Part shown: positions 50,601 through 64,000 of the stretch, in pieces
How the letters are laid out: every line of letters begins with the position of its first letter
Numbering within the stretch: the stretch's first letter is position 1
The notes under the pieces: model-generated
The model's input: only the letters and a program-made list of their open reading frames with translations
Told to the model about the DNA's origin: nothing
Database searches by the model: none
NCBI GenBank assembly: GCA_002633005.1
Contig: NMRA01000139.1
Span: 124,001-188,000 of the forward strand
Reading direction: 5' to 3'
Length of the DNA stretch: 64,000 nucleotides
Source of the DNA: Phoronis australis
Lineage: Eukaryota; Animalia; Phoronida
Program-made: the position numbers and the translations under genes

Positions 50601-50987
50601 TTGGCTTAAAAACATTATCAAGGCTATTGCAATCATGATTTGTCCCCCTCCCCCCCTGTAGATCCGCCACTTAAACATTGACCAGAGATCTTGTACTGTG
50701 CCAGGACTTACTACCACTCAAAGCTGATAGGCCATACTTTAGTAGGTTCAGGACTTGGATTGTTTCCTTGCCCTTACATACACACATGCCCAGTCTTGTA
50801 CTCTTATCTTGCAAAATAATTTATTGCAATCCAGCTTGTAGTTCTCAGGGTTGGGGCAGTCATACTTGTTGACAAAAAGTGTGGCAAAGGCAATTATGGA
50901 CAGCAATGCAGAATTTATTGAATACTGAGATTGTAAAATCACCAGTTTCAGACAAAAATGATTGATGTGCAATAAAATTCTTCATTT

Positions 50988-51540
50988 GGGGCACAATATG
51001 TTGGCAGGTGAAATTTTCAAATTTCAGCTTTTCAGGAAAATTAAGTTTGGTTTTAGCATGGTTTGTACGGCATAGTTATTACCAAACAACATTTGGTAAA
51101 ATTTTGAGAATTTGCAACGTGGCCAGCCTCTGAAAAATAGAAATATGGCAATTGTAGCAATTATTTTTGTCCCAAGTTGAAGAATTTTTAACGTATTAAG
51201 TGTTTTCAATTTATTGTTTTTAATTTAATCAGTGAATACTTAACTTTTTAGTGACTGCAAAAGTTTCTGTGGTTTGTATGTAATGCATGTAACAAAACTT
51301 TGATTTCATGTTGCTGTTCCGTTTGGGCACAATATGGCGGCCATATGGAATTTCATTTTGTTAAATTTCTCAACAAAAATTGCTTTTTGTGAAAATTTTG
51401 TTTGCTTTAGTTTGGTTTGAGTGACCAAGCTATAACCAAACAACATTTGGTAGAATTTTGAGTATTTGCAGCAATGTGGCCTGTCCCTTAAAAATAGAAA
51501 TATGGCAATTTTAGCAATTATCTTTGTCAAGTTGAAACAT
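50988..51540 (+). repeat. diverged tandem repeat with ~336-bp period
   Basis: GGGCACAATATG ... ACCAAACAACATTTGGTA ... AAAATAGAAATATGGCAATT occurs twice. Confidence 0.7.
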
Positions 51541-52223
51541 TTTTATTGCAATTTCCTTTTTCATATCAAATGTATTGTTAACATTGACATGAATGGTTAT
51601 TTTTTCACAATATTGTCTGTTAGTATCCATGGTACAGAACTTGAGCACGACGAACCATTATTTTGGTGCTAACTTTCCTTTACAAAAATGAATGAAATTT
51701 CACTTTTCCGCTGTGTTGTGTCCTATATTGGGGGGGTGATTTACTGCAGTAATGTGAAATGCTGACACAACTATATATGTTATTTGTTGGATTCGCTCTT
51801 AAAAGTGAGATTACAACTATGTGCATTTTTATGAACAGTTCTTGTGCATAGGACTGGAAGTACATTTTGGTTTTTGCCCTCAGTCCTATAGATCATGTTT
51901 TGCATTTGTAAATTGATAAGTTGTAATTATGTTGAACTTTTTACAAAATTGTGTGAAAATTTCTGCTGGATGTGTAGTTATTGGCATGAACGTTCTAGAA
52001 TAGATGAGATAAAATATGACCAATATGGCCGACATGGGAAATTTTGTTTTTCATTTTTTCCATGAAAAGAATCATGCATTGCCATGCTAAGGTTCCTCCC
52101 GTGTCCAAGCGCTGTGCCGTAGTTTCCGTCACACAATGTTTTACGGTCATTCACAGCAATGTTAGAAGCCCTTGAAAATTGAAAAACGAGGAAAGGGCAG
52201 TTGTAGTCATGTTTTGCCCAAAG

Positions 52224-52336
52224 TTCGTGAGGTCTTACTGTATCAACATTTAATCACAAATTATTTCTCTATTTGTACGTTATTCGTGACCTATTACTAT
52301 ATCGACATTTAATCACACGTTACATTTCTCTATTTG
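52224..52336 (+). repeat. ~59-bp tandem duplication
   Basis: TTCGTGA...ACATTTAATCACA...TTTCTCTATTTG occurs twice. Confidence 0.6.
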
Positions 52337-52951
52337 AACAACAAATTCGACATATGCAGGAATGTAAGTTATTCAATGGATAAAATCAAAATCATAGAAG
52401 TCATCCTTGATTGTGTTTTCCATTTATCCCATGACCTTGTGAAGGCTTAGATAGTGTCCAGCAGTTGATGGCAAAACCCATTAATGCCTCTGTTTTCCCT
52501 GGTGTTTACCTGTTTAGCCCTCTTGTTTTATAAACACTCATTTCCCACATCAGTCTATCAGGCTCTTAGGGACTGTTTTGTCTGGGATAATTATTTTCTT
52601 GATAGGGGAGAATCTTGCTCAGAGTGACTGACATGCCATGCATGACCAACAGTGTAGTCAAACCACTGCTTCCCCCTGGAGGTTGACATTGTAACTATCT
52701 TCCATAGGATTTTTGGTTGATCCATAGAGAAGGACTAAATATGGCTCTCGTATTTCAGTACTGACTGGATGCAAATTTGAGTTACTTTTTTCTTCTCGTG
52801 TGACTGGCCATAAAGTATAGGGGCAATTTAAAACGCTGTATTGACTTTCTGTTGTAGTCTTCACATCAAAGTGTTTGTAAATTTTAAAACCAATTTAAAC
52901 GTTACAACTGTAGGTGTGAACCCTTAAAACTGCTTTTAAATGTTGTAATTG

Positions 52952-53008
52952 TAGCCTGGTTGTAAGCCTTTGTGAGGGTAGTTAAGCAAGAGCTTACAAC
53001 CAGTGCAA
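52952..53008. repeat. short solo hairpin starting TAGCCTGGTT
   Basis: 12-bp perfect inverted repeat CTGGTTGTAAGC / GCTTACAACCAG. Confidence 0.55.
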
Positions 53009-55092
53009 CTGAATGTGAACATGGCAGTTGTATAAGTTAAAAACTCTGTAGGTGGCGTTGCTGTGAAACCTTTTTGGAAACAATGGTCATACTAATTGGT
53101 GTGAATCGGAAAGAGATATGACTGAGCACTAGAGACCAAAACCACGAATACGAAGTGTTGGTAGAAAGGGTAACTATTACATAACAGTTACAGGTGTAGC
53201 AAGAGTTTCCAGTGGGTTTAGTACAGTAGGTCTGAACACAGCTTAAGAAAAGAATCAGTTGTAAAAACAAAACTGGCTTGGAACAAAAAAGAGTTGAGCC
53301 GTCACTCAAAAAATCCTGGCCATAGGTGAATTGGCCTTCCCAGCATAAAAAGTGTAGTAAAGATACGATGAAAGATATCATAGACTTTATTACAGGTCTC
53401 TGTCTCCACAGTAGACCTGAGATCATGAAAGGGCAGTCTCGCATTATTGGTCATGGATGCTCTGAGAAATTTGGAAACCCATTTTTGAAATCCGGGATGA
53501 AACTCTGGCCTAATGCATGCTTTTTTTAAAGAGGACTTTGACATTTTGTCACCTGAAGTGACAAAAATTTAAAATTGGCAACTAAAAGGTATAACTAGAA
53601 AAATAACAGCCTGTATGATTTGGGGGAACTTAGGCCTGAATCCCAATTGGTTTTGTCTCTTAAAAATCAAATTTTGGAAAGGATTTCTAAGTGTTGTGTT
53701 TTTTATGTGTCGATGACTTTTGACAATAAAAATCTTTTGAAACTTCCTTTTTGGACAGGGTTTCTAAGCGTTGTGTTGTGTTATGTTGATGACTTTTGGC
53801 AATATTGATTAATGAAATTCATTCCTTATGGCAATGTTGCCAGGTTTTGAGAATTAAAAACAAGAGATTTTTACAATTACTTTGCATTAAATGGTTGAGA
53901 AACTGTTCTAACTTTCCTATTTCATGTGTAAAGAGTCATGCATGCACTGTGCTCATTAACTCCGTGGATCCTGATAGAGATTACGGTTTGCTTTGTGTGC
54001 GTGTCACTCCCATAGTCAATATCAGTGGATAACTACCCCATGTTGATACCCAGTGTTGTGCAACTTGACTGTATTATTTGATAGCCCATACCTGTCCTAT
54101 CAGTCAGTTCTCGTTCAACCTGTCTCCCCCTAGTTCAGTAGAATCCATTCGCTGCCTGTCCTGTCACCTCGGGAGTGCCACGACCTTATGGTATCCACTG
54201 TAAACTATGCAAACTTCTTCCTGACAACGGAATAATGCATTTATGCCAGCCTTGTTACTCGCGCCTGGCCTGCTGTTAGTCTTGAGTACGTGTTGTGCTG
54301 TACATCATTCATTTCTGATATTCTAGCACAGTATATCCACATCTGAGTTAGGTAAGTGTCTCACAGCAGACGATGCTATTTTGGTTGTATACGGAGAACT
54401 GCTGCCCTGTTGCGGAAACTACCTGTCTAATTTGGGATGTCCATTTATACTTTGTCTGTGATAAGGAGATATTCCTGTCTTAGCTTGCTGATCATGCTTA
54501 TTTATAATCTTATGTTAGAATTATTATTTTCATGTTTCTTTGATGTGTTATGTCTGGTTTATAATTTGAAAGTAGTTTTCATGCCTTAGATAACAGTTGA
54601 CACCTTGAAATTGGTCTTATCCTGATGCACAGATACAGAACTATTTGAATTGCGAAGATATTTTGATATTTTTTGCTTGTAGACAGCCAAACTCTAAAAA
54701 ATAGGACAAGAAGTTTTATAAAATACAGCATAGTATACAGAAGATGCTCTGAACTTGTATTTGTTCATTGATTAGTCATAATGATTCCATTTGTTTGATT
54801 TATGTTTGCAAGTCTTGGTTAATTTACAATTTGTTGTAAACAAAAGTTAGTTGAAACTAGTTAAGAGAATTGTTGAGATTAGAAAATTGTGTTTGCATAG
54901 TTTTACTAACTTATTTCAAATAATTATGTCGTTGATGAGCAAAATCTGTTTTCAAAGCTCTGTGTAATCTGAGGTTGGTGAATATTGGCCAAGACTGCCA
55001 GCTGAAGATTATTCGTGGCCGATGCGAATTGTGCCCACCCACAAAATTTCTTTTGATTAGCATTTTTAGTTGTAAGTTGTTGTTATATGAAC

Positions 55093-55632
55093 ATGATGAA
55101 ACAGTCTAAAACTCAACTAAGGACCCTAAATGTACAGCGTATTTGTGGTGTTGAAAACCCTGATTGTCCTTACCTATGCTGTCAAAGTTTTGTTATGAAT
55201 TCAATGTTTATCTTCGACACAAAGAGTGAACTGTTCCTTGAATGCTCATAATTACTGAAAATATGCAAGTTCCTTAACTTACAGACTTAAGTACCTATTG
55301 ATTTTCATTGAACTAAAGGCTCAGTTTTAGTTATATCTTTAAAGAGGAGCTCATAGTTAAGATAAAATGATGGAAAAAGATTGAATTTATTTTTAAAGAT
55401 TGATACAAACACAGAAAAGGTTCAGGGTCCTCATAGGTGGACCCAGGGGGGTCAAGGGGTCTGGACCCCATTTTTCCTTGATTTTTGGGATATGTAATCT
55501 AGCATTTTAAAATTGTTGACTTGGACCCCCTTTTTAAAAAATCCTGGATCTGCCCCCCCCCTCTAAAAAATCCTGGATCTGCCCTGGTACTTAGTTGTGT
55601 CTCTATTTGGGACTGTTTCATGCAACTGTGCA
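55093..55632. mobile_element. Harbinger-like MITE (relative of 25438-25870) with nested hAT-like MITE at 55432-55586
   Basis: Ends GGGACTGTTTCATGCAACTGTGCA. The insert CATAGGTGGACCCAGG...GGATCTGCCCTG is flanked by GTCCT/GTACT. Confidence 0.7.
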
Positions 55633-58600
55633 CAGACCTCTAGGTCCTGCTAGTTTCTTTCAGTAGTATTACCCAACATTTTGCAAGCAATTATCTCTCC
55701 TCACTTTGATAAATGTTTACTCTGATATGAGCCTTGTTTGTTTTCCAAACATGATAGAAATATTAAAACCTAATGTCACCCTAAAAATTCTTCAATTTGA
55801 AACAGTCTCTTGAATTTGGGAGTCGGACTTAATGTTAAATTGGGTTTTGTGAGAACCTGAACCCTTGCATTTATTTATTTTCATATTGTTAGCGCACCGC
55901 ATTGTGTGGTACAATATTTAAATAAAAGATTCAAAAAAATTTTTGATAGATTTGAAATTTTTCGACATCTGTGAATTTGTTTTTTTGTGATTCTTTCGTT
56001 TAGGGCTAGAACTTGAGATATCTTCTAACTTCAAGAAAATAATTAGTTTTTCGCTGGTTCAAATGGATGAATTTCCCCCTAAGTCATTCTAAGATTGTTT
56101 TTTGAGACGCGAGTGTGGATGAATAATGCAAAATTAATTCTCGGTGCTCGTTAATAACACAGTCGCAGAGTTCAGAGACACATACCCCTTAGAAGAACCA
56201 ATTAGCTTTCAGGTTACAACAGTGCAGTTAAAGGAACCAATCAAATCACTTGAAAATGACGATTCAAGCTAACCTGTTTTGCCACATTTCTTGCCTGTCG
56301 GCCATGAATAGCAATGTTACTTCTCTGATAAAGTTAGTGAATGTGTAAACTAGTTCTATATATATCATGAACATGACCACGATACATTTGGTTATTCAAT
56401 TTCATGTCAGATGTCGAGTCAACGTTTTTGTCATGTGGCCAAAGCACCTATCTCATTGGTTAAACGCTAATGACATGATCCTACCACTTTCTGCGTGAAC
56501 TTTGCGATTTATTTGTAGACATCAAAACTGATTCATCAGACATATCCAACTGGGCCATAACAAGGTGACTCTGTGGGGATTCCATTTCAATTTTAGTCAT
56601 GCATCGAATTAAGACTGGGGGTTGGGGGGTGGGGCGGCTGATACCTTCTGCTGGTAATAACTGGTGACAGTCTTCCGTCAAGGACCTGATCGGTGAAACT
56701 GACCAGTCAGCTTCAACTGGATATTGGTCAACATGCTCTGTGTGGTGTTGAGGACCTAGTAATGAGTTTACTTTACCTGGCAGGTTATGTCTAGTTCTGT
56801 AACTCTTGAGTGTTTGTCATGAATGGAAGGCAGATGGGATGGTATTGGCTGAAGTGATGGCGGCAGTCTGGCTGTGAGACCTCCCTGTCTGCTCTTGGCT
56901 TCTTCATTAAGTTGTGGAGCAATTCTTACTGGCAAATGGATTATGGAATAAAAGTCTGTGTATCAAGATTTTCTTGCTTTTGTTCAAGTTTATGCTTAGA
57001 AATATTGCTCACAGGAAAAATACAAGATTGTCTTCTGCACACTAGGTTTCCGTCTGTTGCATGCTAAATTTTAATGAAAACTTAACTGTGTAACAAATTC
57101 CTTTTGGGTAATTTATGATTTCTCATATTGTTCTTAACCTTTTCGTATATCTCTCTTCGTTGCAGTTCCTCTAGTTGAAAGAGATACTTATTTAATTTTC
57201 TCAATTTCTATTTGTCCTTATTTGTAAGCCATTTGTGCTCAACGCACTCAACTTCTATCTAAGAAGCTGCAAGTGGTAATTTACCCACTACTGGCAGTGA
57301 TATTTAACACAGCGTCATCAACAAGTACTTGTTAATTTATTCAGTCTTGTCTTTTCCTGGGATTTCTGAAATCAGACATGATTTTGCATACTTAAGTAGT
57401 CCTTTGGGGGCTCTTGGACACAGCCGACCACAGCGCCCTCATGCAGCAGTGGGCGTTATAAGTACTATAAGAAAGTTGGTGGGGACTCTTTGGAAATCCC
57501 TAGTAATGACTTGGCCGTCTTACACTACTTTTAGCTTTCCACTGGTTATGGTTTTAGCTGTTCATCAACCGAATGTTGAAGCATGCATCGTAACTGTGGA
57601 TTGTTGGCTGGCAGATGGTTTTCCAGTCCCCCGGGAGGCATCCTTGTAGTATGACCACCTGCCTGTTACATTTTCACAAGGATCATCTGCGCCTTTTGTA
57701 TGGAATCAATTTGCTGTTCACATTTTGGTGGTGCTGGGGTATGTGTCTTGGCGGCATTAAAAATTCAGTTAATTACCCTGTGAAAGATTTTGGTATTAGA
57801 AATTCTAAAAGAGAGTCACGAGGCCTTAAGATTTTGTGTTCTATTTTTGTAAGAGTCCCCTTTTGTCTTACCATTTGTCCAGTAAAGCTGGCTCTCTAAA
57901 TGGGTATAAACATAGCTCTTTTTTGCACAGGTGATGTACTAATAAACGTTGTCAGATTCTCTTGTCACCAATCATTCCCACGCAATGGAACGGGAAACGC
58001 GGAGTCATGAAAGGGGTCAAACTGTTTCAGAAATGTCAGAAATTATTTGTCATGAATCTCGTCAAGTGATCACATTTGAAAAACTAATTTCATGGTCAAA
58101 GTTTGTCAAAGTTTATAATTCAGTCATTGAAAGTACCAATGACCTTCATAGTAGTGGGGGGGACTATGAAAGGTAATTAATGATTTGCTGTGTTGTGTTT
58201 GGTATGAGAATACCCACAAGAACTTGGTGAGCTAAGGTTTGAAACAAAACGCAGCACAGTTCCATCCCTATTCCGATGTGCGCACTCTCTAGCAGATCGC
58301 CACCTTTCAAACACCTTTATCGGGTTTTAAATGATTTGCCCGCCCTTCTAATTGCTGCCCTTCACAGGTAAAAGGCATTACTCAGCTAAAGCTATTTATT
58401 ATTGTCAAACATTTCAAGGTTGGCAAGAGTTAATTAACATAAATCCAGTTTCAAGGATTTTAATGTGATGTACTTGTTTATTATGTTAATAAGCAAAGAA
58501 ACATCCTTGGAAAATTGGCACCAACAATAGATGTTGCCTCACAGCAGAAATGTTGGAAGACCTCTACCACAGTTATTACTGAAATTTAGCGAAGAGCTCA

Positions 58601-61600
58601 TCAGAGTAAAAGTACACGGGGATTTTTTTTGAGTCTTAGAATCTTGTTTGACCCAGTTTCCAGTGCTATGAGGCATTACACCCTATCGATCATAACTGCC
58701 TGTCTTGAAGGAATGACCTTGTTGAATCAAGTGAGCTTTGATCCACAAAACAAGCAGTCTCTGATGGTGATGTCACAGTTTCCTCAATCTCTTCTGGTGC
58801 TGCTGGTTCTTGCAACAGTTGTCTCTGGTTTCTGCTTCCATTTGCAACATTTAGCTCTGGTTTATTTTTACTTGAATTTGCGACAGTTGGTTTTAGTTTC
58901 CGCTTGCTTTTGCAACAGTTTGGCTCAGGTATCTGCTTGCTTTTGCCGCAGTGAACTCCAGATTCTGCTTGCTTTTTCCATCAGAACGTGTTGCAATAAA
59001 AATTACACTCGAACACTTGAATCTCGTGCTTTTTGGCAATGGTATTATGTTCGTCAAGCACTTTTATAAACTTGTTTTTGCACCATTGGTGTTTCTTATG
59101 TTGTTTGTTGGTGTCCCAGTTGCTTTACTATATTCAACTTTTCAATCCCACCAAATGATCAACTTGGCAAGTATCCGTGTATGCATAATGCTTTCCAACA
59201 TGATCCCCAGAGCAAGCCTGACTTCCAAAATGAGACCTGTAGTACAACATATTTTCCTACATCTGGGACAAACTGTGGTTCTATAGGGACATTCATTACA
59301 GAAGTTGTTCTTCTTGCATCAGGTAAGGTAGTTATCATCAAGTTGCAGATTAATAAATTGCGGAGAATTTTTCACTGCTCGATATCAGACATGCCCAGCA
59401 CAATCTGTGCATTTCAACTTTCGCTCAGTCATGGCTAAATGCCATGTGGCCATGTTAATACAGTTTCAGTGGAAAGTTCCGAGGGATTTACTGATCAACT
59501 ATCTGTCTCAGAATTATAAAAGAAACGGAGACCGTACATAATGTGCGTTTTATGAACACGATACAAATATCACTTTGAGTTGTAACTATGGTTTATCCTA
59601 ATCACTGAGCTCAGGGTATAGATAGATAACTTTATTTGTGGAGTATAAAACGTGTTAAGGATCAAACTGGTGTATCACATAGTCCTCTGAAAACAAATAA
59701 ATTGCAGAATTATAATTTTTTTTAATAAATAATGTGAAACACATTATCATTTAGAATTAGATATTAATAATTAAAACATTCTGGGTCATTTGTAAGCAAT
59801 GGTTAATTTGCATATATGCAGGGATTAATTCATAAGTGTAGGTGCTTAAACTGCAGTAATGGTACATTTCACTGTGCTCTCTGGTTACTTTTCAATGCTT
59901 TCGTTTATTCTTGCGAACGCTAGAAGCGCCGCGCAGCGCCATCTTTCAAAACCATTGTTTTGGTTCTTGGTTTGGAGTGGAACTTTTTGTTTTAGTTTTA
60001 TTACACGACATGAACCATGGATCGAATCGAGTTCATTGATGGGTTGTTTCAATGGAAAGATTCACCACTCTTCAGTTGTCTCTGCTGGACCATCAGTGTT
60101 CTTGGGTCTTTATATGAATATTTTGCTCCTGTGGGTGAATTAGAAAACAACCATTGGGGCTTGTCAACTGATCGAATGAAATTGGCATATGTACTGAGGC
60201 TAATTAAGTCCTTGTTTGCGGCTAGTAAACAAAAAGCCACAAGAAGGTTGTGATCTCTTCCTCTCAGTCATACTCTATGTGAGGGCACTGTCTTGTATCA
60301 GCACCTATCCTTATTCAGATAGGTGTAATGAACCCCTGTTCTATCATGGGTCATCAGCCCTAGCAGCAGCAGCAGCAGGAGGAGCCATGGCAACTGGTTC
60401 ACCATGGCAACCAGGCTGTCAGCTGTTGTCCGTTTTCAGCCTGCTATTTGTCTATTGGGTTACACCAGCAGCACGAGGTGCTGTGTTCCATCTGAAAGGA
60501 CTTCTTGCTGGCATGTGGTTAAACTCTTGAGCCTTTTGAGTGCACATGTTTTATGTTACCTCATTGATATCCAAGTCAGAGAGAGCCACTCTGCACTCTG
60601 CCAATCACTGAGACTCATTTACTTCTAGTACCAGAAGAACCTGTGTTCCTTAACCCGACTAGACAGCATTGTGAGTATATTTTTAAAACTCACACAGGAC
60701 TGTTTTAAAATTAGCCGTGAGTTAAATTTGCCATGACTTGTGTGTGGTTATTTCAGTTTCTCTGCCCTTGGTGTATATATGTGTGTGTGTTTATGTACAT
60801 ACCATGGGTGTAGGTTAATATCGTGCTTGGATGACTTGCCCCTAAACTGTTTAATGAGTGTTTTTGCCCTAGCCCAGAAAGATCTTCCCCATGATGGAAG
60901 TAAACTGGACAGCATAAGCGCTGTTGATAATGAAAAAAATTAGACCAATTTTTTTCTAATTTCTAAACTTGTATGATCAAGAATTTTTACAATTATTCTT
61001 TGGAAAATTGACAAGTGGTAGATGTGCGCCAAGCGTTATGAGTCTTTTGTAGCAAATGACGAGTGAAAACGATATTTATTGTAGGCATCATTATATTTTT
61101 GTGTCCTTAGATTATGTTATGTGTAGTGTGGATTACACTCGATCTTTAATATTCATTTTCTCCTCCTTTTTTCTGTTGATTTTGCGCAGCAAATGTAGTG
61201 GAACGAGAAGAAAACATGTTGCTATTGACCTAGTTTTTCAGAGGCATGAGATTCAATTGACCAACCAAGCATGGTTCAGTTTTCTAGAGGTCAAGAGCTG
61301 GTGCCTGTTTACTCTGGTTTCGAGTATGGTGGGTCTGAGGGGAATTTCGCGTCATTTACGGAGATTCTTGAAGAAAATACTAAGTGGAAGTTGATGCCAA
61401 GATTGACGAAGTAAACATGCGCTTTTAACTTTGAACCAAGACTAACTTGAAGCGTCGGCACCAACCCGAAACTCGTCCTCTGAACACCGAAATGTTGGCG
61501 TGAGTGGGATAGGATCACATTAGGTTAGAACGAGTGAAAACAAATATTTGGTGAAGACTGGCTTGAACTCGGGGAAACTGGTGGCTTACTTCTCCAGAGT

Positions 61601-62200
61601 GAAACCTGTAATTTCCAACTGGTGCTGTTACATGTTATACTGTAAACAGTTCACAGCACAACTGGGGAAATCACCAGGGTTATGTTATGATTCTACCCAG
61701 TGTTCATTACTCTCTCAACCAATTACTTATGGACTCCTGAGAGTTCATTTGCGTGGCATCTTTGTGGAGCGTGCCATTTTGTGTTGTCTTTAAGCCTTGC
61801 ACAAGGATTTTGGTCTGGGCTCAAGCTAGTACTGTTATAGTACAACATTATGTGATATGCACAGTAAACCTGAGCAGACGTTAACGGGAAGTTGTGTGGG
61901 AAAAAGATTTCCCTCGCTTGATGGCTTGTAATTCATAACCCAAGCCCAACTCCCAACAATTTTTCTAGCTCTATATCAGTTCCTTTCCCTTCAAAACAAT
62001 TTCCGCGTGGATTGTTGACATGATCTTGGCCAGTGCAGCTGCTACGCACGCTGGAACTTGTGAACGGTGGAACTTATGGACATGATCGCTAGCGACAGAC
62101 TTGTTGCTTTAAATTTTTACTGACCGCAATTCAAAGTTTCCGTGCAGCACTTAATTGTGGTTCTCGAGGAAATATTCTGTATGTCAAAATGAAAATGGGC

Positions 62201-62304
62201 AATAGTCTGATATAACGCGCCCGTATTTTGAGAACCAGTTTGATGCCCATTATTCAGTGGAGAAAACTGGTTCTCAAAATTTGGGCACATTATATCAGAC
62301 CATT
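62201..62304. repeat. ~100-bp palindromic mini-element starting TAGTCTG
   Basis: Arms of about 40 bp: TAGTCTGATATAACGCGCCCGTATTTTGAGAACCAGTTT / AAACTGGTTCTCAAAATTTGGGCACATTATATCAGACCA. Confidence 0.75.
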
Positions 62305-62390
62305 ACATTAAATACAGTTTGACCAGCAACTGGATCTGCGTTCATGAAAAAACAGTGCTGTAGGAATGCCCTGCGGTTGGTGAGGTAGGA

Positions 62391-62819
62391 CAAGGTACCT
62401 AAACTACACCGTCAACGGACTCATAAACACTGGCACGGACGCATGAACACGACTCACGGACCTGCAAACACCGTCCACTGACTCACAAACACGGGAATGG
62501 ACTCACAAAACACGATCCACGCACCCAAATACACGGGTCACGGACTCACATTCACGAGGAAACACGGTTAACGGACCGCCATACACGGGTCACGGACTCA
62601 TCGGCTTCCTGGGTCAGCTGACATCTTTATTTTGTCCGTAACCCGTGTTTGGCTGTCCGTTAACCGTGTTTCCTCGTGAATGTGAGTCCGTGTCCCGTGT
62701 ATTTGGGTGCGTGGATCGTGTTTTTGAGTCCGTTCCCGTGTTTGTGAGTCAGTGGACGGCGTTTGCAGGTCCGTGAGTCGTGTTTATGAGTTCGTTGACC
62801 GTGTAGTTTAGGTACCTTG
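62391..62819. mobile_element. foldback-type MITE with long inverted arms and 5-bp TSD
   Basis: CAAGGTACCTAAACTACAC / GTGTAGTTTAGGTACCTTG. The arms (about 180 bp) are made of CACGG/GACTCA sub-repeats, and TAGGA flanks both sides. Confidence 0.88.
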
Positions 62820-64000
62820 TAGGAATAGTGGCTGTCCTTTGAAGGCTGTCTGTAGTTCTTAAACAACCCACTCACTCACTCAAAATTCATTTCCTAAATG
62901 TTGTTTTAAATGATTAGAAATTAATTTCCGAATGTCGGGTGATCAGATTTGTTATCATGTGTCCTCTGAGATATGACCTTTGACGTCATATTCTGTGTAC
63001 TTTGGGAAACTCAAAATCTACATTTTTTTTCAAATTAGGGAAAAATAAATTTGATAATCTTTTGTTTGAAGTAGAACTTACAGGCTAATTCCTTATTTCT
63101 GTCATTGCCTGACCAAATTAGTTTGAAATTCAACATATAGCGACGATGTGAATATGAAGTAGGTTGAAAATTGCCTGATGTTTTTAAGAAAAAGTTTTGT
63201 AGCAAAAATTACCACCTCCCCCCCATAAATCTCTCGACTGTATGCAGTAACTATCGTGACGTGACGTGATATTGGGGAATAACACTGCATGGTGCCAATC
63301 TCGCAAGGTCCGTCATTAGTTCAAAGGTCACCTATTTGCAGAATCTTGTTTTCATATTTACAAGTTGTCAATAAATACAACTGCACCAATAGCGTGGATT
63401 ATGTTAAAATAGCATTATAGCATTGTCATTGAGTTCCTGCTGTACATTACCATAGATAGGTGGTGCAAATACATCTTATTAAACACACCAAAAATAAGCA
63501 TAACAGCACTTGTTGAAAACTTGAATTGTGCCTGTTTACTGAACTTAATAATTTCTTCTGGCTGTTGAAAAATCATGTAAGAAGTTCGTCACTCTGTCAA
63601 AGGCTTCCTTTTACAACTACAAAAATTTACAAAAGTTTTCTTTTAATACTGTCTACGCTAAGCTGTAAGCAAAAATATACACATTTTGGCAATACAGAGA
63701 CTTTGGTCTTTTAAGGATCACAACGTTAAAAAGACACCTGTCTCGTATCCCGCTGAATTAAGGACAAAATTTCTCCCATTTGAAACGGTGTCTAAAATTT
63801 GGGATTCCGAATATACGATCTGAAATTGAATTTTCTTAATTCTAGGAATAGGCAAATGAGCGAGTTTATCATATTTCTCAACAGTGTTGTAGCTAAACGA
63901 ATGCAAACTGGTACTGAAACAAAACACATTAAACCAATGCTTTTTCAGCGTTGAAGATGTATTTGATGTTATGATAAGTAGGGATAAATGAACGGCAGGG

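Noticed and set aside
57560-57760. piggyBac-like Cys-rich C-terminus relic on the minus strand
   Set aside because: Needs several stop-to-Cys reversions and frameshifts; not supportable by eye.
20860-63927. Numerous 60-146-aa ORFs in the track
   Set aside because: Mostly non-ATG starts, no recognisable domains, and lengths expected by chance or lying inside repeats.

Overview
AT-rich, repeat-littered, intron-containing eukaryotic DNA (probably an invertebrate animal) with assembly gaps at 3287, 5701-6393 and 8103-8131. The main feature is an apparently complete 12.8-kb helicase-encoding DNA transposon of the AcademH type (6896-19731), bounded by a perfect 10-bp target-site duplication (GCTCCACTTC). 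It carries two convergent spliced genes whose frames I could join without stops: a 5-exon, 946-aa DDE-type transposase (+) and a 3-exon, 449-aa RecQ-like helicase (-). Its ends are unusual. They lack a good terminal inverted repeat; instead each end folds into its own hairpin, followed inward by the same 11-bp and 9-bp motifs, which are spaced 13 bp apart at one end and 23 bp at the other. The rest of the window is non-coding or intronic, with many MITEs (3-, 5- and 6-bp TSDs), a 5'-truncated LINE 3' end, local duplications and only weak host-exon candidates. All calls were made by eye; no database searches were run.
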